Shown here: positions 39,471 through 51,905 of the stretch, piece after piece
How positions within the stretch are numbered: position 1 is the first letter of the stretch
How the letters are laid out: every line of letters begins with the position of its first letter
Source: Bilabrum cf. latius
Taxonomy: Eukaryota
Assembly: GCA_965178125.1 (NCBI GenBank)
Contig: OZ237735.1
Coordinates: 744,001 to 808,000 of the forward strand
Direction of reading: 5' to 3'
DNA length: 64,000 bases
Program-made: the position numbers and the translations under genes
The notes under the pieces: generated by a model
What the model was told of the DNA's origin: nothing
The model's input: only the letters and a program-made list of their open reading frames with translations
Databases searched by the model: none

Positions 39471-40814
39471 ATGGCGGCGGTCCTTTAGGACGACGTTCTA
39501 CTTTCTACAGATGCTGGTGCATACTAGACGCGAAAGCTGGACATGACAGCAGACAGCGTCGAGTGGAATTAGTCCCAACAGATTTGCGCGGTAGGCTTGT
39601 ATCAACTTGACAAGGAGTCCAGGACCAAAACTGGAAAGATTGATCTGTTTTCACTAGATGATATATCAAAGCAGCATTCTTTGGGGGAAGACGCCGCTGA
39701 AGCTGACGCAACGAACGTGATGGCACCTAGTTGCAGTTTGGACAACGCGGCTGTGTTAGACACCAAATGGAGCGGCGGCGCGGAACCGGTACTAGGTGTG
39801 GCTGGCATGGGAGGCACTGTTCGTATCTATCGTGCTGACAGTTGTGGGTCCAGCATCACTGCCGAGCTTCTCGCATCACACGGCGATAGCTCAAATACCC
39901 ATGACGACGATGGAGGTTCGACTGACATATGCCTCTCTTTGGACTGGTCTAATAGGATTAGTGGTGGAAGTGACCCTAAACTGGTTGTTTCACACCTGCA
40001 CGGAATGGTGAGCGTGGTGCGGCTGCGAGGTGGGGGCAAGGCACCCTCAGACTCTGCCGGTCCGGCGGCCGGTGGTCTGGAGGTGGAGCACTCGTTCAAG
40101 GCACACTCCTTCGCCCCGGGATTCGCACCCGAGGTATGGATCGCGGCATGGAATTGCCACAATGACAGTGTTTTCTGCACGGGGGCAGAGGACGGCGTGC
40201 TGAAGCATTGGGACCTGCGAGCTGGGTGCACCTCCCCGGCCTGCAAGGTGGACGAGGCCCACTCTGGCAGCGGTGTCACGACGTGCCAGTGGCACCCGAC
40301 TCGGGAGCACGTGTTTGCCACTGGGGGATACGACGATCACCTGCGGCTCTGGGACAGCAGGATGCCAAAAGAAGAGACTGGCAGCTTTGATGCCGGCGGC
40401 GGGGTGTGGCGAGTGAAGTTCTGCCCGCAGTGGCTGTCAGACCCATTGGCGAAAAGTGCGGGGATCGGTGCAAAGGCGGGGGCACCACAAGACCTCCTCG
40501 CGGCTGCCTGCATGCGAGGGGGCTGTCATGTGGTTCAGACTGCAGGGTGCGCCCCTGCTGCTGCAGCCGAAGTCAGCGCGTCCTCTGGGGAGGCCAAACC
40601 TATAGTTCGCGAGGACGAGGGCGCCGGTGTGGTCCAAGTTGGCAGGTACACAGGGCATCCGTCTGAATCGTTGGCATACGGGATTGATTGGTTGCCGCCG
40701 GTGGAAGAAGGCAAGTCAGAGGAAGGAACCAGATTGAGTGCGCTCCGGTTTGGGTCTTGCAGCTTTTATGACCGAGAGTTCCACGTGTGGCACCTCGACT
40801 CGAAGGCTTGCTGA
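39471..40814 (+). CDS. DPH7: Diphthine methylesterase (WD40, diphthamide biosynthesis), ~447 aa
   Basis: The N-terminal TADSVEW...VGLYQL motif is reached only by reading 3 TAGs. Also contains CLSLDWS, EVWIAAWN, TGGYDDHLRLWD, GGGVWRVKF, AACMRGG, ESLAYGIDW and SCSFYD. TGA stop. Confidence 0.88.
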
Positions 40815-40977
40815 TCCACCAGGACTAGCACTGCATGTGCCGTTAGGACCAGTGGTGTGGCCGGTGGTAAGACTTACAGATTCGAAAAACTCCCAATACA
40901 CCATCTACGTAAAGTTTCTCGGAAAAAAAAATTGACGGCACGGTGTCATCCCCTCCTCCGCGCAACCGCAAGCCATA

Positions 40978-43946
40978 TCATGTCTACACGGACGACGCCA
41001 ACTATGGCTTGGGATCTTGCAGCAACTCGTTGCACTCATCGTGAACAGCTTCGTAGTCGATGGAGCACTCGGACATGTCCTCAAGGACCACAAGGTCCAG
41101 CTCGTCCTGCAGCTCCAGCAGCCGCACTGCCCTGTCGTGCAGGAGCTGCGCTACACTCTTGCTCCTCGAATCGGCCCCAGGGCTGCTCTTTGCGCCTGCA
41201 GATTGCTTCCGAATGTTGTTCAAACCATGGGCAGCTTCTGCAAGGCTGGCTTGAGAGAAGCCAGAAGCAAGCCCGCCATCGGAGCGGTGGTCTGAAGGCC
41301 TAGCGGTGCTGGCCCCCGTAGATACCTGCAGCTGCTTGGCCGGAGTCGCGCTTTCTGCAGACTGCACCTGGGCCATTGGCAATTGCTCATCCGCGACCTC
41401 AGCGCTGTTTGCGAGAACAGGGCTCTGCGGTATCTGCGCCTGACTTGATTGCCCAAACGCCTTGGGGCCGCTTCCGGCCGTTGGACTTAATTCTGCAAGA
41501 GGCGGCAGGCCCCCCGTTTCAGGATGCAAGCCTAGTGGAGAAGGGGGCGCGTTCCCGGGAGCTTGGGCTCGCGATCCTATTGCAATTGTTGCCTGAGGGC
41601 GCGCCGCTGGTTGAGGTGCACGCGCCTAGTCGCTTGACCTGGGTTGCGGCGGCGGTCTTGTCGGGCTCTCGTCAGAACCGAATAGTTGCGTCGCGCCCTA
41701 CGAAGTCGCTGATAGACTGGTCATACCTTGGGAAGCTGCCTGCTGGGCATGAGTTTGCGACTTCAGCTGGTGGTACAACTACCTTGCCTCTTGCTCCTAC
41801 GCAACCGACAGGTTTCTGTTCTGCTACAGCCAGCGAAGTCTATTGAGATCGACCTCAATGGGCTTCGGCAGCCGCAGGGCCTGAAATATGAGGCTAAACG
41901 CCGTCGCTGTGGGGACACTACGGTCGCAGCACCACACCAAGGAGGTTACCGGCTGCGTCAGGAGCAGCCTCGCAAGATCGAGCAGCTTCATGGAACTTAC
42001 CGACTACACCCTCTCGGCAACCCTCGTCCAGGCAGCTGCCTGCACTGCCTCGACTAGGTACGGTCGGAACGTGCGCCCATCGACTATGAAGGGCAAACTC
42101 AAAAGCTTGCACAGAACACGCTCGAGCGGCTGCTGGGCCTCATTCGCGATTACTCTCCGAGCCAGCGCCAGAAAAGAGGGATTGTTTCCCGTGTGAATCA
42201 CCAAGTCGTTCATGTCTTTCGATGCCATCGAGACCACAAGAGAATGATTCTTGTTCGCTTCCTAGAAAGCGCCGGCCAGGCTCACCAACGCTTGCGTGGC
42301 CTTCTCTAGCTGTTCCTCCTGATGCTGCTGCTGCCGCATGAGCCACGGAGTCTTCATGGTGCTGGAATGCAGCGAGAGCTGGTCTTGAATGCTTGAGACT
42401 CGTCGCTGCACCTGAAGAAACTCGGCCTGCAGTGATTGCAAGTAGCCCAAGGCGACTTGAACAGTCATGTCAGCATCTGACTGCTGCATCACGAGCTCTT
42501 CCGGGCGCACGTCCGGCGCTGCTCCTGCTACGAATGGCGCAGCTCCCGCTAATGGGTGCTGATGGCTGGAAATACTGCTCGGAGCTGCCTGGGCAGCCAA
42601 TGGTGCGCGTGCGGGGGCACGGTGCCCGTCGCTGCTGCCGGCAGAGCTGGACGAGCGACCGATGGCCGCTCCGTTGTTGCCGCCCGAGCCACCCTTGGCT
42701 GGTTTCGTCGCGCCAAGTCGCGCCCGGTCAGGCTCCGTAGAGGGAGAAGTTGAAGATAAAAAACTTACAATAGACTCGCATGCTGTGATCAGGGACGTTT
42801 CTGCGCTCATTTGCAGCAGTCGCAAGCTCCTGAGAGCATCGGCTGACTCTTCCGTTGCCATGCCATCCTGCAGGATACTCTGCATGGCTGAATATGCCAG
42901 GCATCGCAGCAGTGCGGAATCGACGACGGTAGACCCCTACGAAAGTACAAAAAGGCATATAAAATTCATATCTAGCTTCGGAGGAGGAGCACGCCATGGC
43001 TGGGGGGGGGGGGGGGTGGTACCACGGTGCTGGCGATCACCCGGTCCGATTTGGGAGGTTGCGGCCTCATCGGATCGTGCCTTCAAGCGAATGCCAATAG
43101 CCAGCCTGTCACACAAGACGCCTCTCACGATGTGAACGTCCAGAGCGTCGAGCTGGCTACTCGGAGCCATCCTGAGGAACAGCGCCGCGGTGCTCGCGTG
43201 AAAATTCCCGCCTCCGCCCCGCACGAACACGCCCACCACGTCGTCGAGCGCGCGGATCACCAGGGAATCCGACTTGTGCCTGCATCGGCTTCGCATCCAC
43301 TTGTATCTGCGTGCGAGTTAAAGAAGTTTGTATGCCAAGCTTCTCAATGGATAGCCTAGAGGGGGCACAGCCGCCGCGGCAACAGCGATGCGAGCTTACA
43401 AATCTCCGTATCCACGGGTCGCGCGTTTCACGCCATCTTGAATTATCGACAGGAGACGTTCCCAGAGCTGTGCCGACGTTTGAGCCCTAAAGCCATTGTG
43501 GTCGGGCTGCTCGTACACACTAGCCGGCATGTTAACTCTGATTGCGTCTCGAGCCGGAATCACCTGCGGCTACTTGCTCCCGGCACGCTGCCGCTTCATA
43601 CCAATGCTTGAGTTTTTCAAACCTGCAGGCTTCTTGGCCACTGGTGAAGCGCGCTTCACCTTCGGTTTTCTGCTTTTCTTCGCTTTCTTGGAAGCCTTGC
43701 TGCTGGCACTCGAGGATGCTTGCATCGCACCCTTCTCGCTTTCGGATTCAGCCAAAGTTAAATCTGCAAAACAATGTTGTAAATGTGGTCAAAATTTAAG
43801 GTCCCAAGCATTGGTTTGGCAGTCATGTGCAGATTCCTGAAAAAGTCATACTCACCGATGCACAAACTAGTGTCTGAAAGATCATCGTCGCTGACATCCA
43901 TCCTTATCCTGCGTTGCTATAAGTATGAATGTGAAGATGGCTCCAT
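40978..43946 (-). CDS. Hypothetical protein with a basic NLS-like N-terminal patch and coiled coil, ~860 aa; introns 43764-43855, 43307-43399 and probably 42937-43128
   Basis: Phase-consistent GTGAGT...GCAG and GTAAGC...CGCAG introns link the exons. The long terminal exon is open except for TAGs and ends at TGA 40978. No recognisable family motif. The third intron is uncertain. Confidence 0.6.
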
Positions 43947-44316
43947 AATTGAGGCGAAATATCGCTTTTGGATGGACTGCAGGTGCACTCTCGGACCCAG
44001 GCTTCAACCGCTGGTTTTGAAGTTGCGGCTGCACACGCAAGTTCCACCCACTGATCGACCAAACAAAGAGGTGATCAGACAAACAGCTGAATAATGTACT
44101 AGAAATGATCCGACTTACTAGCTTTTACTATCTGCTGTATGGCACAAACGGCCAAACAATGAGAGGTTGTTGCCAGATTCCGGATTGACCCACAGGCAAT
44201 GCGATGCTTGTGGCATGCTGAGTGTGTGTTGACACTGTACAGTTGTGTTTCAGCGTTTTTGGGGGGTTGAGATGGTGCTTTCAATGCTTGATAATACTGG
44301 AGCCAAATCATGCACC

Positions 44317-47300
44317 TCAGCTGGTCTTCTTGCTTCCGGAGGCGGATGCGGCTGCCGCACCTCCTCCACCGCTGCCCTTTCCGGCGGTCCCCGACTTTTC
44401 AACTCGACTAGCCTGCTTCTCGATGTCATCAATGTCCTTTCCATTCGCCTACGCCCGCTTTCTGGCCCTGTGCTCGTCAGCAGAGAGCAGCGGCTTCGCC
44501 TCCGGGACCTCCTCCCCAGGCAAAGGCACCTTCGCGTAGTCGTTGTCGTCAGGCTCGGCTGTTGCCGGATCATAGCAGTACACGTACCGGCAGTAGTAGT
44601 AGATGGGAGGACAGCAGCAACAACTGATGAATATCAGTAGCAAGATGAAGTTGGCGGGCCAGCTCAGCTCGAGTGTCCAAGTGATCAAGATGTTCAGGTA
44701 CGGCCCGCCCCACACCAGTACGGCAATGATGGCTGCAATCATGAGGATCACCGTGATGCGGCCGCACAGGGCAGGCCCTAGGAGCTCCTCTAGAAGGAAG
44801 AACGGGTTCCAGCTCCACTTCAGCCTACCTGTTGGGTCGGGCAGCTTAGGGTTGGTGTTAGGATCACCCCTGCCGTAGCCCGCAGGATACCGCTCCGTCA
44901 GCTCTGAAGGCAGAATCTCGATGGTTGTCAGGATCTCGCCAGCGAGCTCCCTGTGAGCCTTGCCGTCTTTGTACTCTGTGAACAGCGGGATCCAGCCGGC
45001 ATTCTTGGGGTGCACCTTCGTCTCCAGGCCCAGCTTGGTCCTCAGCTCGTTGACAGTGCCCTTCGCGGCCTGCCGCTCCTTCTCCTCCTCATCGTCGTCA
45101 TCGTCGGCGATGCCGAGCTCGTCCTCGTCGTCTCCGTCGTACTTGCTGGTGACAAGCCCGTCCTCATCCTCGTCGTCGTCTCCCTCGCCTATGTCGATGC
45201 CGGCGAACATGCGGTCCTCGACATCGTCGGCACCGCTGTCCTCGTCGTCATGCTCGGCAGCCTTGCGCTGGTCGCGCTTGCGGCGCTTGTCGCCGTCGTT
45301 GCCCTTGTCTGCCTTTGCAAATGCCTTCTTGAGCTCTTTTCGCCGGTTCATGGCAGTGCCTGCTGCTGCTCCGCCTTTGCCACCACCCCCCAGCGGCTTC
45401 CCGGTCGCATCCGGCGCCATCGACTTCGATTCATCGATGGGCGTCTTGTTCGCACGCTTCTCAGCCTTCTCCTGCTCCTCCTAGCGCTTCTTATTCTTGG
45501 AGTGCAGCTGCTTCGCCCGGGCCTACCTTGCCTTCTCAGTGAGGTCCTGGAACACGTGGTATCGGCCGCCCTCCCGGTAGGCCTGCTTGAAATGCGCACC
45601 TAGATTCAAGCCACCCTGCGCTAGGCAGTCGTTGTACTTGAAGAGGTCCTAGTCCCACATCTGCATCTGCAGGTAGGGGAACTTGCAAGGGTATTTCACG
45701 CGGAACTTCATGCGCCAGTTGAACGACCCTTTGCCTCCCTTGCAGCGCCAGTGCACGTCCGTGCTCTGAGGCTGCTCGCCCTCCACCCAGCTGGTGATGT
45801 AGAGGTCATTCATGTCCGAGAGGTAGTCGCCGCTGATCACACCACGGGTTCTCCACACGATCATCCTGACCTCGAACTCCTCCGGGGGGGGCGGGGCGAT
45901 GTCCACCACGGGGTATCTCTTGGCCTGGCCCTGCGTCATGATGTCTACCCACACGCGCACCATTCCCTGCTGGCTGGAGCTGTTCTTGACCCACAAGGTA
46001 CGCTCTTCGACTGGCTTGGGCCGGTACCTGTCCTGCGTTTCGAACTGCTTGCCAAGGAACCTCCACCGTGGCTCGAACCACCTGTCCTCGAGGTCCATAA
46101 CCGTTTCCCCAATGAGCTCGTCCGACGTGATCCAATCGTGGTCGTAGACCTGAAGCTCGAGCCGAGAGGCACCCGGCAGAGTCGTCGTCATCTCGTAGCA
46201 ACGGAAGAACTGCGGGTGCAGCGTCTCCGGCAAGAAGTTGCTGCGATCGCTGATTTTCTGGCCGCCGAGCTTGAGGTACATGTACGGGTCAGACGCGCCG
46301 TTTGTATCCTTCGGCATCAAGTTGCGGCCGTCCATCACGTACACCCTCACATTGAGGCTCTTTGGCTTCCTGAGCTGGGAAAGATCGATTGGGCACGGGT
46401 CGTCTGGATCATCTGGCCGCCTGACCAGCCTGATCATCCCCTTGAAGACACCGACCTGGCGCTTCTTGGCCTAAAACAAACCAAGGAAGCCACTCCTGCG
46501 ATCGCTACCCCGATACAGAGGATAAGTCTCGAATGGAGCGGACTGGAACACGTCCTCTAGGCCAGACTCATACACGCGCCTGTCTTCCAGGTACTTCCCC
46601 GCGTCGTCATGCATGGCTTCCTGCTCCATCAGCTCCAGCCCGTCCCTGTACTTGAGGTTTCGGATCGACCACTCGGGGTCCTCGTCTGGTGTCGAGCCCT
46701 CCTGAAGGTCCTCCGGCTCCAGCCCAGTGAGACCGGTGCCCAGATGCTCCTCCTCCGCCGCTTCCTCGATTGTCTCTTCGTCGATTTCTGGCGCGGCAGA
46801 TTCACCGTCGTCACCCTCGCCCTCCTTCTCCTCTTCGTCGCCGTCAGCTCCACCAGCACCGCCCCCGCCCATTGCCTTGCGCCACGCGTCGAAGTCAACT
46901 TTGCCGGTCTTGTCTCGGAGCCCAAGCACCTGATCCATGGCGCTGTGATCCGCTGCTCCCACGTCGGCAGCTTCTGCGAGATCCTCGTCGTCTTCTTCTT
47001 CCGATTCCTCCTCCGGCTCATCGAGGAGATCATCGCCAGCATCGTCGCTGTCGCTGTCGTCCTTGCGCTTGGCGCGCTTGCCACGCAGGCTGTTCAGCCC
47101 GCCTGCAGCAGTGTCAAGAATGCCACCACCGATAGAGCCGAATACGCCAAGCACAGAGCTGCCAATGCTCCCAACCCCACCCACCACGCCGTCCATGACA
47201 TCGTCGAGCTCGAACTGCTTCTGCTTCTTGTACCTGTCCTCTACACTGGGCTCCTCCTAGCTGCTTCCAGTGATGACGCTGCCCAGGCCGCCTATGGCGC

Positions 47301-50300
47301 CTCCAATGGATCCACCGATGCTTGCGATTTCGCCAAAAGCATTGGTTACCTCAGGCTTCTTGGATTCACCATCAGAGTCATCGGAATCGGCTGCCTTTCC
47401 TGCCGGTTCGTCCTCAAGCCGCGCGGTGCCTGACGCATCCGCCGGCGCAGCTGCGGCAGCTCCTCCCCCCAGGACGTCGACCGTGTCTGCGCCAGCACCA
47501 GACGCAGGTCCATCGATGGGCTTGCCGTCAGGCCCAACCGCAACAACCGACTATCCGTCCTTCAGAGATGAAACGCCAGCACCAGAGGCGTCAGCAGATC
47601 CCGCTTGCTCCTCAGGGTTGCCCTCCTCGTCAGTTTGGCCTGGAACGCTGGGTGGCGGACCCCCACTGACCGGGATAGCAGCAGTTTGAGACGCGACCGC
47701 AACGCCGCCAGCGGTAGCATTGCTCTCCCCAGACTCGTTGGAAACGTCCTCTTCCTCCTCTTCCGGAGCAGAGCTCATTATCTTTCCCTGCGGAGGCCTA
47801 TACTTGCTAGTGCCTGGGATCTTATATTCGAGGCTGACAGTGGTCGTCGCAACCACCGGGTTGCTCCACCCTCCTAGTCTGCGGTCCCTGACTGCTAGAT
47901 TGAGCGAGGGCGCAAACAGGGGGTCAGCTGGCAGGTCAACAGGGATGATCACGCGCTCGCAGAAGTTGGGATCAGTCCCGGTGGGCCGCTTGCTGTGGTT
48001 CGTTGACCTTTGCTTAGCCATCTTGTCTCTTTCACCCAGGTCGAATTCGATGCAGGGGTCCTACACAGGGACGAACTGGTAGGGCGCCAGGCTCCGGAGG
48101 CCAAGGCAGACGACTTCGACGAACCACTGCTCGGTTGGGGGCCTCAACGGCGGGGGCGGGTTCACCTTGGCATCCTTGCTGCCCTTCAGTAGCACCTGCA
48201 CCGCGAGCAGCACGCGGCCTTGCGCTCCCCGTTCGCCCGGTGTGCTGAACTCGAACCAGCGGGGCTTCGCCTTGACGGGAAAAGGGTTCGGCTGCGGCCC
48301 TCCGCCTGCCATATCCACCGCATTGATCTCAACGGCCCGGTCGGAAAGAGGGATACGGCATTGGGACAGGAACACGTATCGGTTAAACGAGTCGCTGTCG
48401 TACAGCTTCACCAGCACCGGCGGCGCGTACCGCAACGGGGGCAGTTCGCAGTGAATCTCGCGCGTTTCGTAGAATTGCGGCGAGGTAGACTTGTGCACCG
48501 TGGTGAACCGCTTCTCCTTGCCAGCCACGAGCATGCGGAGGCTGGGGTCACAGCTGCCGTCCGAGTCAGCCGCAGGCAGCTCCCGTGCGAGGTACGAGTG
48601 CACCCTGATGCAATAGTTCTTCTTCACCTTTGCCGAGTCCAGCTCGGTCTTCCATTCGGCAGTCACGGCCTCCACAATCGCATCGTTGGGTCCCATTGAT
48701 AGCCGCATCAGGATCGAGCCGGGCTCCATATCTTTGGACACCCAGCCTGTGGCGAGATCAGGCTTCAGGTGCACCCATGCAGCAGGAATCTGCTGGAAGC
48801 CTCTCCGAAGCAGATCCATGGCCCTGAGGCGAGTATAACACAGCCGGACGCGGTCTTGCTTGTTGCGGCCCATCCACAGGTATACAAACACGTCGGGCAC
48901 CATCCGTGGGTCCCGCGGCAGCCTCAGTCCGTCGTCGTAGACGTCGTCCGAAGACAGTACCTCGTGCACCTCAACCAGCCCCTTGTTGGAGGAACAAGCC
49001 TCTGAGACCAGGCTGTACCGGCCGCAGCAGACCTCCACCCCAAAGCTAGTCTTCCCGAAGACAGCACGCACGTTGGGTGCCTCCGAGACGAGCATGACCT
49101 GGGCTGCCAGCCCATACTCCTTCATCTCAGGGTACGTGCACGCAGGGGTCCATGGAAAGCTCTTCTTGTGCGGCACCTCCTCCTCTTTCTCGACGTATTC
49201 CTGGTCATCAACTACAAAGGCGCTCATGAGCACCTTGCCACGGTAGTGGGACGCCTTCTCAGGGCGCAGCGCCATCTCGTCGGCGATGGATCCCTTCTGA
49301 GCGCCCACCTTCTCCGGATCGGGGCCCCCATACAGGGAAAACCATGTCGGCGCAAAGCCGCCGACCTGGCTGATATCAGAATATCGGAAGAAAATGGTGC
49401 CAGCCGGCTCGTCCGGGGACGTTAGCCAGAAGTCGTGGTCCATGACGGTGATTCGGATCTTGTCGCTCATGCTCGGCTTCACCACAGGGAGCCACAGCTC
49501 GTTGTTGGTATTCCAACGTACCTCAAGCTCACCGCTCTTCCCTTCCGACTTGATAAAAGGCGTCGTTATCTCGGGGTTCCCCGCAAACTCGACTTTGGCG
49601 TAGGCGTCGATGCCAGCTGACTGGATGAAGCGGATCTCGCGGTCAAGAGCGACGAGGTCGCGGGCCTCGTGAAATCGAAGCACCAGGAACTCAATGCTGC
49701 GTTCTATCGAGGGAGGCATCATCAGCAACGAGTCAAGACCGGCACCCTTCTCCTTCTCCGCCTGGGCAGCCTCCTCCTTGGGGTCATAGACATGCTTCTT
49801 GTCCCCTGGCCCGAGCACTGCAACCGACAGCTTTAGGTACCCCTGCACGCCCTTGTCTGCCTTGTTCGTAGGATCGCTCAAGGCAACCCACTGGTTGTGG
49901 AGCTCATGGTGCTCTCTCAGGTACACGAAGGATGCGTCGAAGGAGTACTGCCCTACCATGGTGTTGCCGAATAGGCCTGCATCATACACGGCCACAGTCA
50001 CGACGGCCTCCTCAAGCTGGTCCTTCTCCCTGTTCTTGAAGTTCAAAAAGAGGACCTGGTCAAATACCACGTTTGTTTTGTTGGAGTGCTTCCTTGAGTA
50101 CGTCTTGGTGCCCATGCAGGAGGCCTCCACAACGGGGTCGCAGCTGCCGTTCCAGTTCTCCGGCTTGAGAGAACGCGCTTCGATGGCGTGAACTTGGATC
50201 TGGTAGTCTCCATCTTTGAATTCCATGGCCTCCAATGCTTTCTGCTGCTTCTTCTCTTCTTCCTCACGTTGCTTGGCAGCCTCGTCGCGCTCCTCCTTGC

Positions 50301-51612
50301 TCTTGCGCTCCTCGCCTGCCGGCACCTCGCCGGAGGAGGGGCCGTTCGAACCAGCTTCAGCAGCGCCACCCTCGCCCGCAATCTCGGCCGGACTTAGCTT
50401 CCTGGGTGCTTTCACCGGTTCGGGCACGGCTTCCCACGCTACCATGAGTTCCAGCTCGGCGCTGCCCGCCCCGCCCACACCGTCTGGATCAGCGCCGACG
50501 TCCTTCATCTCCTCCACGGGGCGCAGTGGGAACCAGTCCCTGCGACCATTGCCGTTCGCGTCGTTGCATTTCTCTGCGGGCAGCATGATACCTCCGATAG
50601 GGATGTTTGGAAGCAACGACCGGAAGTTCTCGAGCGTCACGATCACTGTCGTGTCTCCCTCGGGAGCGGGGAAGAGGAAAACCTCGCCGCGGATGCCCCA
50701 CGAAGGCAAGTTCTAATTGTCAATGTGCGACGACTTAAGCTCCACGGAGCCGCCAGACCCCGCCGGCTAGCTCAGTCGTACCTGCGTGCTCAGTTTCTTG
50801 TCGTCGCTCTATCCCCCAGCTCCGGTCACGAGGCCCCGCGCCTGCAGGATTGTGATACGCATCTGGTTCGGCCCCTGCTTCGCCTCGCTTCCAGTCAGCA
50901 TGCGCTGCACAGTGCCCTCGATCATTTCAGGGGGGAAGTTAAGGAGGTCGATGTTCACCCGGATCTGCCCGGCCGGCATGCGCTTCTCCACGTACCGTTT
51001 CGAGGGCCGTAGGTTGAGCCAGTAGCCCTGCCTCCACTTCGAGGCCTTCTGCTTGATCTTGCGCATGGGCAGATCTACGCTCCCAATCAAAGGGTCGTGG
51101 CCGATGAGCCTATCGTGGTACACTTCGATGGTGAGGACTGGCTCCAGCGTCACGTCATACTTTGCGCTCGGGTCGGTCTCGATGCGGCGCTGATACGCCG
51201 CCTCTGCTCCCTGCAGCGCCTTCTTACCAGAGAGAACGCCACCAGATGATGCACGACGCAAAAAACCACCGCTACTAGCGCCCCCTGCCGCTGCACCCCC
51301 TGCACCGGACCCCTTGCCGCCCTCCGAAGCCTGCCGAGACGGGTCCCGTCCTGAGTACTCCGCAATCAAGTTGTCTTGCTTCTCCTGCTCATCGATCTCG
51401 TCTGAAATAAAATAGCATTCATCTGTCCAGACTGGATCTGACGCTCGCACTGATACGCTAGAGGTGATTTGTTTGCGCCCTAGCTTGATAATTACGAAAG
51501 CTGCCGGCTGCTAGTCCAGCGTTCCTGTCCGAGGAAGGCAGTCAGCCTCAATCCCGTAAATGTGAACGTAGGGGCGCTTCTCCTCCTCTTCTTTCGGCGG
51601 GGTGAGGGACAT
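44317..51612 (-). CDS. Ferlin-family multi-C2-domain membrane protein, ~2431 aa
   Basis: Multiple C2 domains (DYQIQVHAIEARSL...CDPVV, VRVYVMDGRNLMPKDTNGASDPY, TDVHWRCKGGKGSFNWRMKF) and a ferlin C-terminus (PAGYGRGDPNTNPKLPDPTGR) followed by hydrophobic segments. One frame broken only by TAG. TGA stop at 44317. Confidence 0.88.
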
Positions 51613-51905
51613 GGCTCTAGCTGCTTCAACCCTGGTTGGATTCCGCCGACGTGCTACCTCTTGTCGTCGGTGCCGGGGATCTTTTGCAGGTCTCGTCGAT
51701 CAGCACCTTGTATCTGCAATCGGCGGGAACAGCGATACCTTCTGATTTTCTCAAAGGGTACCCTTCCGTTCAACTTGTACCGCGGGCTGATCTGCTTGGC
51801 AGAGTGCTGGAAAATTGAAGCAGTCCCTCGGCTAATTCAGAAAAACGTAGTAACTATACGTTACATAGCGTTTTCGGTGCCGTTGCGATTAAGGCTAGAT
51901 TAGCC

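Noticed and set aside
43002-43016. Poly-G run (also a C-rich run near 61775-61797)
   Set aside because: Simple homopolymers in a probable intron or intergenic DNA with no supporting structure.
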